Positions 1 to 13,059 of a stretch of 64,000 nt of DNA are shown here, piece after piece. Source of the stretch: Octopus vulgaris. Taxonomy: Eukaryota. Position numbers and translations under genes: made by a program. The notes under the pieces are model-generated. The model saw nothing but the letters and a program-made list of their open reading frames with translations, had not been told where the DNA came from and made no database searches. The stretch's first letter is position 1; each line of letters opens with the position of its first letter. The stretch lies in NCBI GenBank assembly GCA_951406725.2, contig OX597818.1:59520001-59584000 (forward strand), read 5' to 3'.

Positions 1-65
1 ATTAGCACTTGATGCATAACACTTGACGTCATTTCGTCTGTTTTCACATCCTGACTTCAAATTCT

Positions 66-295
66 TATTTCTTTATTGCCCACAAGGAGCTAAACATAGA
101 GAGGACAAACAAGGACAGACAAACGGATTAAGTCGATTATATCGATCCCAGTACGCAACTGGTACTTAATTTATCGACCCCGAAAGGATGAAAGGCAAAG
201 TCGACCTCGGCAGAATTTGAACTCAGAACGTAGCGGCAGACGAAACACCGCTAAGCATTTCGCCCGGCGTGTTAACGTTTCTGCCAGCTCGCCTT
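66..295 (-). mobile_element. SINE family A (tRNA-like head, Deu/Nin-like central domain), monomer nested in an older + strand relative (1-65, 296-440)
   Basis: Reverse complement reads AAGGCGAGCTGGCAGAAACGTTAA..GAGTTCAAATTC (A/B boxes)..GCCTTTCATCCTTTCGGGGTCGATAAATTAAGTACC..AAAGAAAT. TSD-like TCCTGAYTTCAAATTCT on both sides. Confidence 0.85.
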
Positions 296-1207
296 CTTCC
301 TGATTTCAAATTCTGCCGAGATCGACTTCACCTTTCAACCTTACGGAGTCAATAAAAATGTACCGGGCGGTCACTGTTGCTGTTGTAACCGATTGACCAT
401 CTCTCTAAATTGCTGGTCTTGTGAAAACATTTAAAGCAATATATCGAGTAATTTTGTAAAGAATATCAGTCATGTAGTGCGTGTTATGTTCCTTGACGCT
501 TACAGCCGTTATCGACATTGGATTCTTCCGAAGTATACAAAATAATTCCCTTTCAAGTATTGTACTAATGTAACAGCACGCCTTCGCTATCGTTCTTTAG
601 TTATATACAAATGTAAGAACCGGTTATATATCATCTTCACTTGTTTTGTTTTGTTCGTTTTTTGCATTAAATCGATGCTATATTTCTGTTGATTAGTTAC
701 AGAAGCATCCTTCTGTCCTCAATTCGAAATAATGTACTTTGTTGAAGTTCAGCTCTTATCAAAAGTTTACTTCCTCTGAGTCCAGTTCTTTTAAGTTAAA
801 ACAGAATAAATGCACTCAATGACTGTATCGATTCAGACGTCATTGTTATTATAGCTTGAAGCAAGATCGCTACAGCAGGGAAGTTAATGCGAACGATTCG
901 CTAACTTTGTTTTTAGATATAGATAAAAGAATAACCAAATAACTACTTTTGAAATACTTGGTATATCTGTGAATACAACACCAGGAGAGGAGGACTGTAT
1001 TATTCCTACGAATGATTGAACTGACGGACTTATATAAAACGAATATATAAAGGGCGTATTGGGAAATTCCATGCATTTATATAACTTTGTTAGGCGTCTT
1101 TTTTTTTTCTAGAAGTAAATTGCATCCCGTTTAATCAACTCATCTTGAATCACTTGGAAGTGGTTTCAGTGAATTACTGTCGAATATCGCGCGTCACAGT
1201 AGTAGTA

Positions 1208-1423
1208 AGTTAGTTAGTTAGTTAGTTAGTTAATTTTTGGGCTCAAAAGCAAAAAGCAAGGCCATGTAGGGGGACATGGAGTTAAGTACAGAGTGGTGTT
1301 CATGTAAAGAGTTCAGGCCACTTGAGGTCAAGGGAGACTTTGAACAAAGCGGTCGTCGGCATCTTCGTCTGGCAGCTTGTTCCACGGATCCCCAACCCGG
1401 ACGGAGAAAGCTCCTCTCCTTCG
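1208..1423 (-). mobile_element. CR1/L2-group LINE 3' fragment with (TAAC)n tail
   Basis: Minus strand encodes RRRGAFSVRV..PWNKLPDE..KVSLDLKWPELFT* (frameshifted), the CR1-type ORF2 C-terminal motif, followed by a short UTR and a TAAC repeat. Confidence 0.7.
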
Positions 1424-1424
1424 T

Positions 1425-1455
<31 letters not shown>

Positions 1456-1527
1456 CAGTAGCTGCAGCAGCTGTATTTTTCGATATAGTCTTTGTTATTT
1501 AAACCCCATATATTGCCCAGATCAAGA

Positions 1528-1940
1528 TCTCTATATATATAAACGGCAAAATGTCTTTCTCTGTGTGTGTTTGTGTGTGTGTGTGTGTGTGCGTGTGTAT
1601 ATGTGTGTGTGTGTGAGTGTGTGCGTGTCCTTTATATAAAACCACAATTTTTCAGTTAGAGGGCTCGCACTTTCTATGGTTATTCAAAACCGTCCAAGGG
1701 TGGTCGTGCACATCTTTACATTTCCCCAGTCAGCGCGCCAAGCGATTAAAAATCAATAGAAGTGAATTTTTTGTGAATTTTCTATCCAAAACCCAATCAA
1801 AATGCCCGAAACTTGATACGCCAATTGAATGCCAACTAACTATATGTGATTGGTCGGAAATTTGGACAGTACTTGTGTGTATGTGCGCACGCACGCAGCT
1901 GTCTATGATAAAACGTGTTTCAACTGTAAAACCGTGACCA
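1528..1940 (+). mobile_element. Probable non-autonomous Helitron 5' portion
   Basis: Starts A|TCTCTATATATATAAACGGC followed by an internal (GT)n, the same 5' style as the Helitrons at 16862 and 54322. No 3' hairpin/CTAG found, so the right boundary is uncertain. Confidence 0.4.
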
Positions 1941-3352
1941 TGCCGTCTTTTATGACAACATCGCATATTTCTTTGCTTGTTTCAGGGATAACAGGGATTT
2001 CATTTCAGCTGGAGGTAGCTATTATTTCTTGCTGGCTGAGCAAATGCATAAAGATTTCAAATAGCAGTAGGATGGATGGTGGTGATGATACTGTTTGACG
2101 ATTGTTAAAGAGTATTGCTGATAGCCTTGATGATGTGTAAAGGGGGACCTCTAAACGTTTGTAGAGCTGTTAAGAATATTGCTGAGAGCGGTTTTATTTG
2201 AAATGGTGGTGAGAGTAGTGATGGCGTATTTTTTATTGAATGCTTGAGATGGATTTTTTCTGAAAGTTTTATTACTCTAAGAAAAGATAAATATATTTTT
2301 TATTCTAGTTGAATAAAGATAAGCGTCACTATCATTCCAATTAGCCTAACACAAAAGCAAAACCATAAAAGCAACCAACAGAAGGCAGAAAATTTGAAGA
2401 TGCTGCAAATGTGATTATTATCAATTTTACACAGGAACACCATGTCAATGCAGTGGGAATATATAACGAAAAAATCCTCAAAGATGGTTAAAAAACGAGA
2501 TGTATGACAACTTATAGGGATTCCCACCTGATGATTTCTGCGGTGGGAAATGCGAGCATCAACAAAGGAAAGCAAGTTAAATGGTACTTTGTTAGCTGTG
2601 ATTAAATTCAATATTCTTTATTCATTCAATAGAAATAAAAATACGAATGCGTATCATACATGCATGCATCCCTTCATATATACATATCACGTGGTTGTCA
2701 ATTCGTAGACATGTACGACCAGCATGGCCGCAGTCAAATGACTGAAACAAGTAAAAGAGAGAGAGTAAGTACATAAAAAGGCAGAAAAATTATTCTTAAA
2801 AGAGCTGTCGGTTACATAATTTTATTAGAATCATATCCTACGTCGAAATGCGTATTGAAGGATCAATGGATATTAATAACAAGTTTTACGCACGGTTTTA
2901 GACCACATGAAGCAAGGTCGAAGTACCTGCCAGCATATTTTAGGTGCATACGAGAATATAATCCCATGGAATAGTTTGAATAGCAGGAGATAGTTTAGCA
3001 CAAAACTGGCATTCCGACAGTTTTGACGACAAGAATTCAAGCTGTTCCGATCAGGGAATAACATGCGCATGAAATTAATGCCCATGAAATTAATGGAACA
3101 CGCCAGACATGCTTATCTTTAACGTAGTACTCATGGTGGGTTAGCATCACGTTGCGTATGACAGTGCCGGCCGTTTGAATTACAAGTACAACTTATTCTA
3201 GCTAAATGGACTCGAAAACGTGAGATAAAGTCTCTTGCTCATGAAAACAAGGTGCAGCCAGGACCCGAACTCACGGCCGTCAGTCGAATACCCTAAGCTG
3301 TTAGACACCCACCCGTTCACTCAATATAAAATAACTGAGGCAATATTTGTAC

Positions 3353-4139
3353 ATACCTATTTCTTTACTACCCACAAGGGGCTAAACACAGAGGGGACAA
3401 ACAAGGACAGACAAATGGATTAAGTCGATTACATCGACCCCACTGTGTAACTGGTACCTAATTTACCGACCCCGAAAGGATGAAAGGCAAAGTGACCTCG
3501 GCGGAATTTGAACTCAGAACGCAGCGGCAGACGAAATACCTATTTCTTTACTACCCACAAGGGGCTAAACACAGAGAGGACAACCAAGGACAGACAGACG
3601 GATTAGTCGATTATATCGACCCCAGTGCGTAACTAATACTTGATTTATCGACCCCTAAAGGATGAAAGGCAAAGTCGACCTCGGCGGAATTTTAACTCAG
3701 AACGCAGCGGCAGACGAAATACCTATTTCTTTATTACCCACAAGGGGCCAAGCACAGAGGGGTCAAACAAGGACAGACAAACGGATTAAATCGATTACAT
3801 CGACGCCAGTGCGTAACTGGTACTTAATTTATCGACCCCGAAAGAATGAAAGGCAAAGTCGACCACGGCGGAATTTGAACTCAGAACGTAGCGGCAGACG
3901 AAATGCCTATTTCTTTACTATCCACAAGGGGCTAAACACAGAGAGGGCAAACAAGGACAGACAAACGGATTAGTCGATTATATCGACCCCAGTGCGTAAC
4001 TGGTACTTAAGTTATCGACCCCGAAAGGATGAAAGTCAAAGTCGACCTCGGTGGAATTTGAACTCAGAACAGAACGGCAGACGAAATACGGCTACGCATT
4101 TCACCCGGCTTGCTAACGTTTCTGCCAGCTCGCCGCCTT
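3353..4139 (-). mobile_element. SINE A tetramer: one head plus four tandem ~183-bp units
   Basis: Units restart near 3353, 3536, 3718 and 3903. Single A-box head at 4090-4139. TSD-like TTTG(T/G)ACATACC. Confidence 0.9.
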
Positions 4140-4851
4140 CTTTGGACATACCATGAATGTCACGGTGTCACGGTGTTTCGGTGTCCTTGGTCTCCTTGTG
4201 GTTCGACGCGACCCGACACATTGATATGTGCAAAAGGGAGTTCATTGTATGATAAGCAACTAGATGAATCCTTTGTATGAAAGGGAGTGTCGGATTTAGA
4301 TGTAGCATAAGATCATTTGAACCACAACAGCCGTAATTACTGCATACGCGCTTATTTAAAGTTAAAACACAATGCTGAGTACGTGGGATAAGAAATGCAT
4401 TTCTAATCCAAACTTAATGTATTTTAAATGTGCTTCGCATAAACTCACTCAATTAGAATTCTTAAATTAATTTCCATTCTAGTTGATAAACAAGAATTTT
4501 AAATTTTTTTAATCAGGTTTTGTTGTTATTAATTCATTGTTAATTTATTGTTAATTTCAACAACTGTGCAGTTGAAACTTTACTGAACAAAGATAATATG
4601 AATAAAAAGCAATTAGAACACGATTGTTAAATAGCACTTATACTACACTTTAATAATAAACCATTATCATAGACATTATGTGTCACCTGCTTATCTTCAA
4701 TCGTTTAATAATTGAAATAATCTCACAAAAATTTCTTACAATCCCGTACTCAAAGTTGAAACGATTATATTGAGAGACAACGTGTGAGTAATGTGTTCGA
4801 ATCAGTTATGGTGTGAAAACAAATGGCTAGAATTAGATAAAGAATTAGATA

Positions 4852-5266
4852 TATATTTCTTTACTACCCCCAAGGGGCTAAACACAGTGGAAACAAACAA
4901 GGACAGACAAACGGATTAAGTCGATTGTATCGACCTCAGTGCGAAACTGGCACTTATTTAATCGACCCCGAAAGGATGAAAGGCAAAATCAACCTCGGCG
5001 GAATTTGAACTCAGAACGTAGCGGCAGACGAAATACCTATTTCTTTATTACCCACAAGGGTCTAAAGACAGAGAGGACAAACAAGGGCAAACAAACGGAT
5101 TAAGTCGATTATATCGACTCCAATGCGTAACTGGTACTTAATTTAGGATGAACGGATGAAAGGCAAAGTCGACCTCGGCGGAATTTGAACTTAGAACGTA
5201 ACGGCAGACGAAATACGGCTACGCATTTCGCCTGGCGTGCTAACGCTTCTGCCAGCTCACCGCCTT
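4852..5266 (-). mobile_element. SINE A dimer
   Basis: Head at 5220-5266, two units joined at GAAATACCTATTTC. Confidence 0.88.
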
Positions 5267-6211
5267 TAATAATTTAGATATGGTAGCATGTAACGAGAAG
5301 AAGTGATCTGTTGAGATTTCACCAACGTATAACTTTCTTTTTCTTATAAATAATGCGTTACATCCATGTACAGATAACATGTCCCCCGGCATCCTAATTT
5401 AAATAGACAACATAATATAACCTAATATAATTAGATAGGAGCACAATGGTAATGATGACACAGACGTCACTGATCAAAGGGTATGTTGTTTATCGATTTG
5501 TTATGCTTAATTCAGTTTCTCTTACGGTTGTTGACCGAAAAGGAATTAATTATTTCCAGCCGATGTCGCCGATTAATCTTTGAAGAAAACGTTATGATAG
5601 AATGGTACGGACATTTTGTGTTCATCGGGCACCACCGAGCATTTAACATATCTTGAATTAGCATATTTGCAATGCCAACACATTTTATTAACGAAAAATG
5701 AGTCAAATAATTCACGCATATTAATTTCAAATTTGGTTTTGATATTGAAACATAAAATATCAATTTGATTTAATAAAGAGACTTTAATTATGTTTATTAA
5801 ACGTAGGCCTGTGTGCCCGTAGAGAAGTTACGTCAATTTATAAGGAGTAAATGCAGTTTATACAAAGTATAAATTTGAATAGATTGTATACACATTTAAT
5901 CGGTGCATTTCAAAGTCCCTCACTTCATCATTGCATATTTTGAAAATAAATTAAAATGTAAAATATCCCCCCTACCCACCCAATTATTCTACGACTACAA
6001 AAACATTTCAATTGATCAAAGGAATCAAGCTTAATATAATGAAGTAGTTTGTTCGCTACGCAAATGTTTCTGGCGACAACATATGGCGATGTGGAAAAGA
6101 AGCATGATCTGTAACTACTCGGTTTCAATTCCCTGCGTCTCTTCTACTGTAGCCAACGGCTGAACTATCTTTTTGAGTGAATTTAGTACACGAAAACTGT
6201 AGAGATCCCCT

Positions 6212-6400
6212 CCATCGGTAACCACTACACACATTTTGTTTCTCTCCTTGTTTCTTTTTGTGATCCTTTTTGTGGAAGAACGTAGGCTCGAAACGTAAAA
6301 GACTTTTTCAATTCTTGAGCGTTATACTATACTAATACATCTGTTTGTTTTCTACACCACCTGTCTTCGTCTTTTGTTTCTTTTTCGTGAATTCTCCGCC
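6212..6400 (+). mobile_element. Penelope-like 3' terminal fragment with degenerate hammerhead, ending in (TA)n
   Basis: Homologous to 27201-27395. Contains TTTTGTGGAAGAACGTAGGCTCGAAACGTAAAAG and ends TTTTCGTGAATTCTCCGCC(TA)n. Confidence 0.6.
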
Positions 6401-6414
6401 TATATATATATATG

Positions 6415-6485
<71 letters not shown>

Positions 6486-6486
<1 letters not shown>

Positions 6487-6822
6487 CGCGGGACATAGAA
6501 ATAATCGGACTGAATACCCGATCGCGCGGTTAAACCAGTGGGAGTGAAGGACTCCTAGCCTTTGTTAGGGCATCTTTCTAGGAGAAGGTAACTCAGGTAA
6601 CTGGGATAACTCCGACATAAAACCTGCGGCTCAGTGGTTACCGATGATGTTGACTTGTTCTTCTTTTCGGATTATGGTTGTTGTTGCTTAGTGAGTGGGA
6701 TTGACTCAGTGCACAGCCTTTCCTCACTTTAAAAAAAATTTTCTTGCAGAGGCATTGCACAATAACAACATTGATTAAACTTCGTTCAATGGCCATACTC
6801 GATAACGAGGGCGCAGCCGCCA
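6486..6822. mobile_element. Unassigned repeat between two microsatellites, possibly RTE 5'UTR-related
   Basis: GC-richer block containing TCTAGGAGAAGGTAACTC..ATAAAACC, reminiscent of RTE-clade 5'UTR and RTE-related SINE motifs. Single copy in the window. Confidence 0.3.
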
Positions 6823-7317
6823 TATAAATATATATATATATATATATATACATTTGTGTTTCTTGCAGCACCGGCATGACATGGTTTGTTTACGTTCTTC
6901 TTCGACATAACCGAACAACCTGATAAATACCGGACTTTAAATTATAACTAATGGAGTCAAACGGTTAGACTAGGCACTCCAGTGTGGTGCGCCAATTTGG
7001 TTGAGGTTTGATGACTGAAATAGTACAAGGGTTAAATGTCTGCTTTGACATGAAAACAACGCTAAATATTAGATACAAATATATAAATATTTTCCTGCTA
7101 GTTACAATTAAACTATTTGTAAAAGTAGTGAATGGCATGGTAGGCAGAACACCATATTACATGATGGTGCGTTATGTTTATTGGAGTACCTTTCCTGGTC
7201 TCAGTTCAAGTCTCTGTCAAGAGACTTCATTTTACATGTTTAGATAGTTGAGAAAATATACATAAGTCATGGACTGATGATTGGCAGTACTGAAGGTACA
7301 GTCTCCTTGTATGGTGC

Positions 7318-7610
7318 TTATATCACGTGATCACGTGACCGACCAGACCATCAGATGTTGTTACACATCGCTGGTCACAATGCGTTCGCATTGTTTTAGC
7401 CTTCGAATGACGCCAGCCCGCTGGCTAAGCGAGCAGGCCAACAGAAGAAAGAGTGAGAGAAAGTGTGGTGAAAGAGTACAGCAGGGATCACCACCTCCTG
7501 CCGGAGCCTCGTGGAGCTCTTTAGGTGTTTTCGCCCAATAAACACTCACAACGCCCGGTCTAGGAATCGAAACCGCGATCCTACGACCGCGAGTCCGCTG
7601 CCCTAACCAC
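7318..7610 (-). mobile_element. SINE C head with tail type 2 (ends GGTCACGTGATCACGTGAT)
   Basis: tRNA-like head AGTGGTTAGGGCAGCGGACTCGCG..GGTTTCGATTCC. Tail shared with the copies at 36438 and 44070. Confidence 0.85.
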
Positions 7611-7939
<329 letters not shown>

Positions 7940-8996
7940 CATACATATATATACATACATACTATCGCCATTGCTTGACAACCGATGTTGTGTTTACGTC
8001 CTCATACTTTAGGGGCTCGGCAAAAGGGGCGGATAGAATGAGTACTAGGCTAACAAACATAAGTAAAGCAAATTTGCGCAAAGATGATGCTTCTACAATT
8101 CAATGATCAGAAATCAACGGGTTCTATAGCATATCTCGTAGAATATTTTGTGCCCTGATGAAAATATCGTTGATGGTAAAAACCTGTCTGAAAATAATTG
8201 TGAAACCAGTTTTACATAGTTAAGAAAATATCACTTCACATTTCCGAATGAAATAAAGGAGATTCTAGGTGTTCATTCTACCTTTTAGAATTCGTAGCAA
8301 AATATACCTTAAATAGCATCATAGCGATCCCTTGCCTGTCGTGTGTATCACGCCTATGCATCATATACTGTGATACATATTAGCATTTTTTTCACCCATT
8401 AGAGTAATTCGGGAATTATGAAAGAAAACGTTGCATTGCTGAGAACGTATGAAGCTTAGGACTCGAAACAAGCATTAACGTGTAGGTCAAATCCATGAAA
8501 ATTATTTTGACAGAAAAAAGGGGTTAAAATATAGAGAACAGGTTGGATAATATAAGCGAGAATATACTATGCATCAGAAGAAATAGACAGCATAGCCATG
8601 GGTCTTCTCAAACGAAAGATAACCTGGGACTGCATAACGACAATAACGACAGAAGCAATAAAACAGCTCCCAGAAATAAAGGAGATTTAGAAATAGCAAT
8701 TTAAAGCTATTTATTTAAAAGGGCCTGCAACATTATAACAGAATCAACACAAATAGCACGTCAGTGTTTCAAATTTGTTTGAAGGAAAATTGATTCCTTC
8801 ATATGAAGTATTTTCTCTCCTTTATTTCCCTAAAATCTTTAGTGCGGTAATGAGGAACTGGAGCAGAAGACAAGTACGATAAATGGATAAATAATGGAAT
8901 GAAGGAACGAATAAAGGAACTGAGGAGAGAATAAATTAATCAATCGATGAATTACGTAAAAAGCTGCGCTTAGATATTTCTCATCACGAACGTGTA

Positions 8997-9101
8997 ATTA
9001 AGTGCATATTATATCAATTTGGCTTCACGAACAGATACGAATTGACTTGAATTCATAAATAATTATATGTACACACATATATATATATATCTAAATATGT
9101 C

Positions 9102-9162
<61 letters not shown>

Positions 9163-9274
9163 GTATATACATATACATATTTAGATGTATGTATATGTGT
9201 ACATATAATTATTTATGAATTCAAGTCAAATCATATCTGTTCGTGAAGCCAATTTGATATAATATGCACTTAAT
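8997..9274. repeat. Inverted repeat (~100-bp arms) around a (TA)n spacer
   Basis: 8997-9100 is the reverse complement of 9175-9274 with few mismatches. Confidence 0.9.
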
Positions 9275-9354
9275 ATATATTATATGGTTGTGTGTGTGTA
9301 TGTATATACTTACATATAAAGACAAAAGTATATATGTATATATATGTATATATA

Positions 9355-9415
<61 letters not shown>

Positions 9416-9559
9416 CATACATACGATTATATATACATATATATTGAATGGGATCTAATTATGCATAAATACGTAAAGATATATGTGTGATTGCGTATTT
9501 GTTCATAAATATCTTAATAGAAATTATAGTCGTAGCATAACATACAAGAACCAAGCAGG

Positions 9560-10020
9560 GATTTGCATTACCTTCGTGCGCTCAGGACAGCAGATCCGTT
9601 TCAAGAATTTGAAACTTACTGTGAGAGATAAAAATTGGAACCGCTATAGGGAAGGAGCAGCTGATTTACCACGGTGGCAAGGATTCTTTCCGATCCCAGT
9701 TATGATTAAAAAAAAATCGGATATTTTAATTTGGTGTGAAAGAAAGTGGTTAATCTAATCGAGTTAACGCTTCCTCATGAAGATAACATGAACGCCGCTC
9801 GGGCTCGAAAGATTGACACTTATGTAAACCTACTTGAGGAATTTGAAGACGCGGAAAGTGAAGCATTTCCCCCCGATGTCGGATGTAGAGGATTCACGGG
9901 ATTCAAGTGTGAGGTGACTGTTGCTATCGTAAAGCCTAAATCATCGTAAACCAAATACCAACATGAACAGTAGCCATACTACAGTGGAAACGGCTAGCAA
10001 TTGGATTTGGTTAAAAGGTA
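9560..10020 (+). mobile_element. HERO/NeSL-like RLE non-LTR retrotransposon C-terminal relic
   Basis: KSDILIW..VNLIELTLPHEDNMNAARARKIDTY..DVGCRGF..ASNWIWLK matches the PD-(D/E)xK restriction-like endonuclease pattern (ELTVPWE, EVGCRGF, RWLWLK). Frameshifted. Confidence 0.75.
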
Positions 10021-10066
10021 ACCATGGGCGATGACTAAAAAATACCGAGCTTTACTTTATAACCAA

Positions 10067-10460
10067 ATAGCAGTATCGCCCGGCGTTGCTCAGGTTTGTA
10101 AGGGAAATAACTATATAAGCATTTTTAGAGAGTTATAGCCAAAAATAGCAAACAAATGCATTAAAAATGGAAAAAAATGATGGTAATTTTTTTTTTTAAT
10201 CGTTGACTCATCGTAGACATTTTTAGAGAGTTACTTCCCTTATATACTAGCGAAAAAAATGCATTAAAATGGAAAAGAATGATGGTAATTTTTGTTTTTA
10301 AATCGTAGACTCATCGTAGACGCGCGCTAATACCCAGAAGGGCTCGATATGAATCACGACTATAAGATACCCGGTTTTGGTTAAACTGCACCGCAAAATG
10401 TGGGAGTAGTTAGGAATCTAAATCGTAGGAGACAGACACACAACCTCACTTTTATAAAGA
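10067..10460 (-). mobile_element. Non-autonomous Helitron with an internal ~100-bp duplication
   Basis: Homologous to 54322-54563. 5' TC at 10460, 3' hairpin CCTGAGCAACGCCGGG then CTAT (variant of CTAG). Confidence 0.8.
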
Positions 10461-10912
10461 TTTATCTAGTAAGCGGGACCTCATATCAGTGGATGGGTAC
10501 ATTGCTCAATGATGCCGTCAAGAGATAGGCACCCAAACGGCGCGTAGTGTCAATTGATGACCCCATAAACTTGCTGGCTTCTGGTAAGCAGAGCTTTCGA
10601 TTGGTAACACTTGCATGCGCAAAATATTTGCAAAACACACACACCCACGCATGTATCTATGTATGTAGTATATATTACATGCGTACACATAAAGAAACAA
10701 AATAAATACATGTAATAGCATATATACGTGTATAATTGTATTCACAAACACTCAGAACTAATATACGCACGTATCTACGTAATTATATAATGGAGATGGA
10801 GATACAGCGGCCATGCTGATACACTCACTCACACGCGTACGCTCACACATATATAACATACATAAGGTATACCCCTAGGTAACTGCATGCTCATACATAT
10901 ATATTCACATCT

Positions 10913-11283
10913 AGGCGCAGGAGTGGCTGAGTGGTAAGTAGCTTGCTAACCAACTACATGGTTCCAGGTTCAGTCCCACTGCGTGGCATCTTGGGCAAGT
11001 GTCTTCTGCTATAGCCCCGGGCCGACTGATGCCTTGTGTGGATTTGGTAGACGGAAACTGAAAGAAGCCTGTCGTATATATATATATATGTATGCGTGTG
11101 TGTTTGTGTGTCTGTGTTTGTCCCCCTAGCTTTGCTTGACAACCGATGCTGGTGTGTTTACGTCCCCGTCACTTAGCAGTTCGGCAAAAGAGACCGATAG
11201 AATTTGCTCGACTAAAGGCGGTGCTCCAGCATGGCCGCAGTCAAAATGACTGAAACAAGTAAAAGAGTAAAAGAGTAAAGAGT
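10913..11283 (+). mobile_element. SINE B (tRNA-like head, CORE-like CTTGGGCAAGT, internal microsatellite, (GAGTAAAA)n tail)
   Basis: GGCGCAGGAGTGGCTGAGTGGTAAG..GGTTCAGTCCC head. At least seven further copies in the window. Confidence 0.88.
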
Positions 11284-11841
11284 ATTGAACATTCCAAGCA
11301 GTAAAATTGTATATATTTACGCGAAGATTCTAATCATCAAAAGCAATTTTTTTCGCGTCGCTATAGAAAGGTCCGTCTACTGTTGACGTCGTTGTCAACA
11401 ACGTCGGTAATCTATGCAGTGTTTACTAGAAACGGGAAGTCAGATTAAGTAAAAAAAATTGTTGCGGACCCAGGGCTATTAAATTGTTGTTCCAGTATCA
11501 AAAGAAAATAGTTTGATCATTATGTTATACAGAAGTAAGTGTGTGAGAATCTGCGTGATTACGTGCGATTACACTTCATTGATTTTGTGTAAATAATTAT
11601 ATATGTATAATAGTAGCATTCGAATCTGTTGCTTCCTGGTCTGTTTTGATGGGAGAGATCTATGACAACGCCACTCATTTCTTTCTCTTTCGAAACAGCG
11701 TATCTACATACTGCAGTGTCTATGACTGCATGAATTATTAGAAGAACATTTTGGTGCGCCTGTCGTTTCATAAAACATACATATGCTTATACTACGTATA
11801 TATCTGTTTGTGTGTGTGTATTTATATACCAGTGTTTTTGC

Positions 11842-11842
<1 letters not shown>

Positions 11843-11872
<30 letters not shown>

Positions 11873-11963
11873 TGTATGTATGTATGTATGTATGTATGTA
11901 TGTATGTATGCATGTATGTATGTATGTATGCATGTATGTATGTATTTATGTATGTATGTATGT
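11843..11963. repeat. (TATG)n microsatellite
   Basis: Direct inspection. Confidence 0.95.
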
Positions 11964-11964
11964 A

Positions 11965-12179
11965 TTCTTTTACATGTTTCAGACATTTGACTGCGGCCAC
12001 GCTGGAGCATCGCCTTAAGTCGACCAAATCGACCCCATGACTTATTCTTTGCTAGCCTAGTACTTATTATATCCGTCTTTTTTTGCTGAACCGCTAAGTT
12101 ACGGGGACGTAAACACGACTATTGGTTGTCAAGCGATGTTGGAGGGAAAACACAAACACAAACATATACACACACATAC

Positions 12180-12262
<83 letters not shown>

Positions 12263-12400
12263 CATATATATACATATATATATATATATATGTATATGTG
12301 TATATATATATATACACGATGGGCTTCTTTCAGTTTCCGTCTACCAAATCCAGTCACAAGGCTTTGGTCGACCCGAGGCTGTAACAGAAGACATTTGCCC
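11965..12400 (-). mobile_element. SINE B, 5'-truncated, with expanded internal TA/CA tract
   Basis: Matches the SINE B body. Internal microsatellite about 150 bp. Confidence 0.85.
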
Positions 12401-12738
12401 AAATATTCTCGATTATATTATCCAAAGAGGAATCTATGCGAGAGATCGTACAGTTGAACAGAGAATATTTCTTTTCAAATTACTTTATGGATTTTTATGA
12501 TTCAGCAAAGAGACTTCGCTGTCGCCAATTCAGAAATTAGGAAAAATTGAAACATTAAATCTAGAAAATGATAAATAAATAAATACATAAACACAAGCAT
12601 TTATTTACACACACATATACGTGTACGTTTGTTATAGATATATGTGTGTGTGTATGTGTTACACACTTACGTGTATGGTTGATTATATAGGGAAATTTCG
12701 AACTTGGGTTCTCATTCCTAAGGTATTTTTCGATGTTG

Positions 12739-12773
<35 letters not shown>

Positions 12774-12881
12774 TGTAAGCCTAGTACTTATCCTATCCGA
12801 ATGGTTCAGGAGACAGAAACACACCGAAGTCGGTTGTCGAGCGATGGTGGGGACAAGCACACACAAACACAGACACATACA

Positions 12882-12964
<83 letters not shown>

Positions 12965-13059
12965 ATTTATATATGTATGTAGGTATGTATATATGTATAT
13001 ACAGAGAGTGTAGAATAGAATGTGAATACTTACTGAAATGAAATGGGAGAGAGCTAGAG

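Noticed and set aside
2526-2556. CTGATGA..GAAA hammerhead candidate (also 8155, 34200-34230 minus, 46635-46652 minus)
   Set aside because: No credible stem II and stem I pairing.
1980-2620. GC-richer block resembling captured exons
   Set aside because: No sustained frame or recognisable motif. It may be Helitron interior.
3353-4139. CRISPR array or satellite
   Set aside because: The units are SINE bodies without spacers, bounded by a head and a TSD.
8420-8760. Possible retroelement coding relic upstream of the 9-kb hairpin
   Set aside because: A-rich and coding-like, but no diagnostic motif was recognised.
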